64,000 bases of DNA from Lobosporangium transversale (lineage: Eukaryota): contig NW_019029000.1 of assembly GCF_002105155.1 (NCBI RefSeq), forward strand, positions 248,001-312,000, read 5' to 3'. The notes under the pieces are model-generated. The model worked only from the letters and a program-made list of their open reading frames with translations. It did not search any database and was not told where the DNA came from. Position 1 is the first letter of the stretch, and the number at the start of each line of letters is the position of its first letter. Shown piece by piece: positions 54,988 to 64,000 of this stretch. The translations under genes were made by a program, and so were the position numbers.

Positions 54988-56844
54988 TTAAACCTTGAAG
55001 CCGCGGGAAGCACGACGACCACGGGCCTTCTCGAACTTACGACCCTTGCTCTGAACATAGGGCTTGGCGTGCTTACCAGGGCCCATGCCAAAGTGCTTGA
55101 CGGCCTCACGGGTGTTCTTCTTGCCACGAAGCAAGACAGTGTTGGCACCAGTGGGGGCACGGAGAGCAAGCTGGTCCAAGGTAATGACCTCACCGCCAGC
55201 CTTCAAGACACGGGCCTTGGCTGACTTGGTGATACGCAAGCAAGCGATCGACAACTTGGGGACCTCAAGAAAGCGAATGTCATCGGTGACCGAGCCAACA
55301 ATGACGGCAGTCTTGCCCTGCTTGCCAGCCATGTTGCGTGCAATACGGGAGATGGACATGGGAGGGCGGTTCACACGTGACATAAAGAGACGCTTCAAGA
55401 CCACCTTGTTGAAGGAAGAGTCCGTGCGGCGAGCGAGGAACCTGTAGAGCTGTAATATAAATATGAACATTTGTTTTAACAGTGACAGCGCCATTAGAGA
55501 CAGATATGGATAAAGGAAAGCAATTGTTAAAAAAACTGCGTGTTTTTTCAGGTATATTGTATTTGTTTGGTTGCTCTACTGTTTCTTTCCGAGTGATTGC
55601 TATGATTTGTTACAAATGTAACACTGAATTTTCTTGTTTTGTTTTGATGTCCACTTCAAGTATTAAAAATTTAGCTTCATTACACTCTTAATACCATAAA
55701 GAGTGGAGAAGTACGCTGTTATTCCTGTTTCCTGTCATCCCTTCAAAAGAAGAATATTACTTCCCTTCTTAGTGGTAGTTGAGCAAAAAAAAAAAAAAAA
55801 AAAAAATACTAATTGACTCCAGCGATTTTTTTTTTTTTTTTTTTTTTTGTTGAAATACACAGGATAGACGGATCTGAAATAGTTGATAGCTCTTTGTGGC
55901 GAAAAGATAGCTAAATTTCTTTTATAATGCGACTTCTCTCTATTTTTCCCTGGAAGGTTTGGTGCCTGCTGGAAATGAAAAGCATTCTTTAAGCTTTATC
56001 TTTGCCGTTGAACCATGTCCTTAGTGCGTCATCCATTATTCAGTTTGTTCCCGATCATTCCTAATTGCCTTCCTTTTTTCTCTGGTTCCAACGGTTTTTC
56101 ATGATAAGTGGATAAGGCTCCTATGATTCCATGATGTATTTACCTTGACAAGCAACAACAGGTAGACATCCTCAGACTTGGGAGCCTGACGGTTCTTGTT
56201 GCGAACGTGGTGCTTCTTGATGTCAATACCCTATTTTTTATTGTTTTTTTATACCCAAAAAAGATATCAGCCTGATTAGTATTACAGAATCATAAGTTCG
56301 CCATGAGTTGCCCAAAAACAGAATAAATGCCATCTCTTCATCTCCAGAAAAAAAAGGGCATTTTTGTAGCCTTAAGTTGATCATTGTTTAGTAAAAAGCT
56401 TGGATTGATGATTATAGTCCAAGTTGTCCTGTAAGCAGCATCAAACCGCAGATGATGAAGTATTACTTTGTTGATGGGTTGTGAGATAGTGCGCTCAACA
56501 GTAGAGTTCACAACGCAGCATCCGTCTCCACTTCTCCTTGTGTATTTGGATTTGGACTGAGGTTTCGTTTATTCCGAGTTCATTCTAGATAGTCATTCAC
56601 TCTCGAATACTCGAAAGTCTTTACTTCCTTAAGTAAAAAAAAATAAAAATAAAAAAAATAAAAATGGATGATCCTGATAATATGTAATATGTTGATCCAT
56701 AAATTCCATGAAGTAGCGCTGTTGATGATGATGTATAGATCGATGGATTGGTTGCCATGTTCCCTTTTACTTCTTGGATATTTCTTTGGATGTAAACCAT
56801 ATCTCTTTCCCCTCGCATTCATCTTCAAAGTGACTGCTAACCAT
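54988..56844 (-). CDS. RPL18: 60S ribosomal protein L18 (eL18), 3 exons
   Basis: ATG-only exon 56842-56844 (ATG|GTTAGC, inferred), exon 56144-56230 [29 protein letters not shown], exon 54988-55449 [25 protein letters not shown]...[12 protein letters not shown]. Confidence 0.95.
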
Positions 56845-57693
56845 TTTCGTAAAGATTAAAGCAAAGAGGAAGTTTTAATCAACGCTCACTACGCCAATAA
56901 AGATATTCGAGCCCTGGAGCTTTTTTTTGAATTAAATTTTTGATTTTAGTCGCACAGTACCCTTAAGCCTAAACCCCCCGTCGCAATTCAAATTACAAAC
57001 TACAAACTACAACGACATGTTTTCTCATCACTTGGCATTCATGATTCCTTTTTACTAACCTGTTGAACTTTGGTGTAGCAGAGTACCCTGCTGTGGTTGT
57101 ACTTTATATACAGCCATTATATTCATGCTCACTTTTTTAGATCTACAGAAGGGTTTATCTTATTTATTTTTTCAATATACAGTTAAGCAACCGAAGGTGT
57201 TTGACAAAATAGGTTAGAGCTGTGATATTGCTGGCAAGAAAATAAAGAGTGGCATGTTTTACGGTCTGACTACTGTCATTTTTCCCCATTTGCTTTTTTT
57301 TTAATTCTTCAATTAATATTATCTAAATGCTATTTCAAACAAAAGAGAAGTAAAGGATCTTTTTTGCTCCTTCAGGTGCACCAACGAATATCATTTTCTT
57401 GGATTGCGTATAAGTTGAGCACATAGTAAAAGAATGATCTACAGAAAACGCGTTGTTGATTGTAGCAACTGTTTTTCATTGTGGTATGCGCCATCTATTA
57501 AGATATGTGGATGGTGGTGAAGACAGATCAAACATTTATCTGTATAAATATATACAGTTTAGTATCAGACTCTTGCGGTGGCTTTGGAATGTCATTCCAC
57601 GATGCTCAAATTGGACGATCTTATTTTTTTGTATTTGTTCATTATCTTCTCAATTCTCATTTCGCATTTCGCACAACTCTAAATAAAAATAAC

Positions 57694-58862
57694 ATGCCAC
57701 CCAAGAAAGAGAATAGCAAGGGTATGAACGAGTCCGTTTCCATGACTTTAACACATCGGATTTCTCATTTCCAATCTTCTGTTGATCTTGTCCTCGTTTT
57801 TTTTTTTTTTTTTGAAAAAAGGCAGCTAAACCATGGCATCTTTTTTTTTTTTTTTTTTTTTCTCTCCTTACAGTTGTGGCTGCCAATGAGCGCAAGGCTG
57901 CTGCTGCTAATGCGAAGGCAGCCAAGAAGGCCGTTGAACAGGAAGCTGTTGAAGCTGCTGATTGGTCCAAGGGTGCTAAGGGCAACAAGAAGGAGCTTGA
58001 GGAACAAAAGAGAGTATGAGAAACATTGGCAGTGCACCTCATTTTTTTTTTATTTCACAATCTTGCTGCGGCAGATCACTTTGGTCGCTCTTTGTATTTG
58101 TATTTGATCATTGACTATTCCTTTTTTTCTGCTTTTCTTTCCTTTTTATTTAACTTGGATTCATCATCTAGCAAGAGCAACTGGCTAAGAAACGCGAGGC
58201 ACAACGTGCTCTTGAAGAGGAAGAAAGCAGCATCAAGAGCAAACCCTCGAGGGCTCTTAAGGGAGAGGAGGTACGTCATTTCTTATCAGATCGAAAAAAA
58301 AAAAAAATTAAACATGTCTTTTTAACACAATTCTCTTGACTAAAATAGAAAAAAGCCGCCAAGAAGACTCAAAAGGTTGAGGCTTTCTCAAATCAGGTCA
58401 AGCCTGTCGAGGAATTCTCTGCTTCCAATATTGATGATGCTCTTGATCTCTTGACACTCACTGGTTCCTCAACTGGTGGTTCAGGACAGGCTCCTACCAC
58501 AACCGGCAAGGGCAAGGAAGTTGATCGTCATCCAGAGCGTCGCTTCAAGGTATTTACATCGTTTACAAACGACGGATTCAAACACTTCAGCTTTTTCAGC
58601 AACTGACTTTTTTTTTTTTTTTTTTTTTTTTTTCTAGGCTGCATTTGCCGCCTACCTGGAACGTGAGCTGCCTATTTTGAAGCAGGAGCACCCAGGATTG
58701 AGGCAGCAACAGATGCATGATATGCTTTACAAGCAGTTCCAGAAATCACCGGAGAATCCCTTCAATCAGACTAATATCGTCGCCTATGATGCTAACAAGG
58801 AGGAAGAGCGTGCACATATTGAGTCTCGCAAGCAGGAGATTGCCAACCGCTTGAGAACCTAG
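57694..58862 (+). CDS. CCDC124: CCDC124/Oxs1-family (DUF1014) coiled-coil protein, multi-exon
   Basis: MPPKKENSKVVAANERKA...DWSKGAK...SASNIDDALDLL...DRHPERRFKAAFAAYLERELPILKQEHPGLR...FQKSPENPFNQ. Confidence 0.9.
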
Positions 58863-59510
58863 AAGAAATATACTCTGACTTGTAATATAGTTTCATTTTT
58901 TAAACACAGAAAGCACTAATTAAAGCTCGCGTGATTTAAAGAGGAGAAAGAAATCAAAGAATGTTGAACATTTATTTTAATTCCTTTCTGGACAACTGTC
59001 TCCGTTATCTTGGGATATTGAACCTGGCAATCTATTTATTTTGGTATTTTTGATTGTCTGCTTTCCTTTGAAGGCGCTGAGCTTTCAGATAATTTTATCA
59101 AGACCACAATCGATGTGGTCTTCTAAGAACATTCTTCCTAAACATCAAAAAACCAAAGATAATGCTAATCCATTTTTAGCTTTATAAATCTGTGAGAGGG
59201 ACGCGCTCACATATTCTCTAGGCATCAACCTAATGACTCTTGAGGATGCTTTTCCACTTTCAGAAGGCTCCTCCAGCCCTTTGTAAGGCCCTCACTCAGC
59301 ACGCGTTTAGGATATTTTGGAGCAAGGAGCAAGCTGCGTTTCAATGGGAGATCGCTTCAGAAAAAAATCCTTAATCTTTACAATTCAACAAGGGGAACTT
59401 AGATTGTCTACTATCGACTTATAGCAAAGCAAGTCTTAGCCAAGGTTATCCAGTCCGTGGAGGCTTGATTAGTCGCCAAATACAACTGCGGATGCTAGGC
59501 ACTCATAGAA

Positions 59511-59771
59511 ATGGCCAATAGCCTATCACAGGTCTGTCGGTGCAGATGTCCTGCAGTCACGAGAGATATTTTAGCGCTTACTACCCTTTTAGTTGATGGC
59601 TCATATTATATTGCACCTAGAAAGGGCACGCTAATGCTGTGGGTAAAGGCTACACCATTGTCCTGTTGTGGCCATGACAAGCAGAGAGTGCCTTGTAAGC
59701 ACAAGTATTTGGCAGCAAGGATACACACCGGCTTCGATGCCAAATGCAATGCTGATTTCGGGCACATCTAG
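59511..59771 (+). pseudogene. Possible degenerate SWIM zinc-finger (MULE-transposase-like) relic
   Basis: LSCCGHDKQRVPCKHKYLAAR resembles the SWIM CxC...PCKH motif, but the CxC is imperfect and the upstream frame has stops. Confidence 0.35.
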
Positions 59772-60138
59772 CCCGAGTAGACCCAAAGCACGATCGATAT
59801 GATTAATCACTTCGGACAGCCTCTCGAAGGGGCTCTCTTGTTACTTTTGTTAGGGTAATCACGGGCAGTGAGAGTTGAAAAGAAAGACGCGTCTGTAGTA
59901 GAGACACAAAATAAATTGGTCAGGAAATAAAGTTGGACATGACGTTTAGAAACACATTTGCAAGATTGTTTTATTTTTATTTTCGAGCGGCTTGTATGTT
60001 TCTGGGAAAGAAAGGAAAAAATCGCTGGTCCAGCGCAAACAGAGCGAGAGACAATAACCGCGAGGCTTCCGCTTGTTTTCGAAACTAATCCATCTTCTTC
60101 CCCTCTCCCCTCATCCTCTTCTTTCTTGTGGATTAGCC

Positions 60139-62447
<2,309 letters not shown>

Positions 62448-63649
62448 ATCATCGTCTCTTGATATATAAACTCCTTTCTCTCATCTCTTAAGCTTAAAAA
62501 CATATACTCCTCTCCACTTTTTTTTTTGCCATGTTCGACACGATTCTACCCTACTCTTTTTTTTTTGTTCAAACAATGATTTTGTTTGCCATACAATCTA
62601 TACAGGCTTACGGAAATAACATACACTTTTTAAACATTTACGCAGAACCTGTTAATATTAATGTTAAATGGATGATGTGTATGATGCCGGTGTGATGGAT
62701 GGTTTTATTTGAGATCTGAAATCGGGACATGTGGTACGGATTAGCTTGTTTGGGTATGACTCGATTGTTTACGCGTTTTTTTTTTTTTTTTTTTTTTGCA
62801 CGTTTTCATAAAGACGCTTTGACTGAACAAAATTTGTTCAGAGGCAATAAAAGAAAAAGAATCAAGCGGAGGTAGATAATGGGCTCCTTTCCTTAACCCA
62901 CATGTGGAGAAAAAGCCTTTCGGTAGGAATGAGGGGAAGCTGTCGCCTTTTTTGAAGCAAAGCTTTTTTATGGTCAAGGAAGTTTTGACATGTGAGACAA
63001 GGTTTTATTTTAAGGGTCTTAACAATTGAAGACTGGTCTACCTCAGATTGTAGGAAAGTGACAATGTTTTTTTTTTTTTTTTTTTTTTTGGTTTTTTGTG
63101 CCGAAAGTTCGTGTCTTTGAACTGTTCCACACACCATGTCAAGAAATCATACCCGGTGTATGTTCATATGCTATGAAGCAGTAAAGAGCTTTCATGGGCC
63201 CGCCCCTCCATCTAGGTATTTTCTTTGGTCTAAAAGATTTGAAAGATTGTGGTTCCCCCGCTTTTACTTTATTCTTGTTATTCTCGCTTCAGTGGGCGCC
63301 CAAAGTGACACTTCTCGGAAGGCGAGTGACAGACAAACAGGATGGATGGGGTTCTGTATTCCATATTTATGCTATTCCCTCCTGTCTTTCATGCTATGGG
63401 GCAATAAGGCAGATCTGAAAAGTAACAGTTATAAAAGCGCTCTCCAAATGATCCCTTTTCTTTTTCTTACCTTATCCTTCTTACTTTTTTATTTTATTTT
63501 TATATTTTATTTTATTTTTTTTGCAAACTAATCGGTTCACGCATTCTCCGCTCCATTCGTTCAATCGTTTCATCAGCTCTCCTGATCATTTGACTCCATT
63601 GCTCTGTTACACTTTGACTTTATTTCGTTGACATTAAAAAAAAAAGAAA

Positions 63650-64000
63650 ATGGAGCAAAATTCTTCATCCTCGGCTGTAGCCCGTCTTGCCGCTGTCCAA
63701 AATCATCTCGCTATCCAGCCTTGCTTCCAGCGCTATGCTATCCATAATGACAAGCCAACTGGTCCTGCTGATCTGGCCCGCGAGCGTGCTAATGCTTCAT
63801 TCAAGGTTGAGGATATGACCGAGGTCCTTCTTCGTGGCAAGGAGAACGCTGAAGCTGTTGTATGTATCGTTGATTTTACATTGAGATAGCAGCAGTGCAT
63901 CCAAATTCAAAAGTACATATTGTAATTCTTTTATTCACACTCATGCTTCCCCTTCCCCTATCTATGCTTATATTCGTAACAGGCCGTTGCTTTCCAAATG
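63650..64000 (+). CDS. Peroxisomal acyl-CoA oxidase, 5' part (truncated by window end)
   Basis: Exon 63650-63859 with DLARERANASFKVEDMT (typical ACOX N-terminus) and PTS2-like RLAAVQNHL; intron 63860-63982; next exon begins AVAFQM. Confidence 0.75.

Noticed and set aside
56443..56565. Box C/D-like segment (AAACC...ATGATGA...CTGA-GGTTT) in RPL18 intron 1
   Set aside because: It lies on the strand opposite to the host gene and I could not recognise an rRNA-complementary guide.

Overview
Eukaryotic, intron-rich fungal DNA. Gene structure and content suggest an early-diverging fungus, probably Mucoromycota/Mortierellaceae (inference only). Conserved genes, reconstructed by hand from GT-AG splice sites: a LCLAT1-like acyltransferase, phospholipase D1, HAP5/NF-YC, a CsbD/Hmp1-like protein, a CBM48 (Crp1/Mdg1-like) protein, a CDF zinc transporter, mitochondrial ClpX, PRP43, a 2OG-Fe(II) oxygenase, RPL18, CCDC124, ATP2 and the start of an acyl-CoA oxidase. 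There is also a tRNA-Asn(GTT) and a frameshifted SNG1/DUF3533-like pseudogene. The most unusual part is an accessory island at about 30.5-40 kb. It holds (i) four tandem, highly diverged genes that each encode a single POT1-like OB fold, which the ORF track misses and which share an identical 131-nt middle exon, and (ii) a chain of four poly(A)-tailed retroposon 3' ends apparently nested in each other's tails, plus a small TIR element, upstream of the tRNA. All family assignments come from motif recognition by eye; no database search was run.
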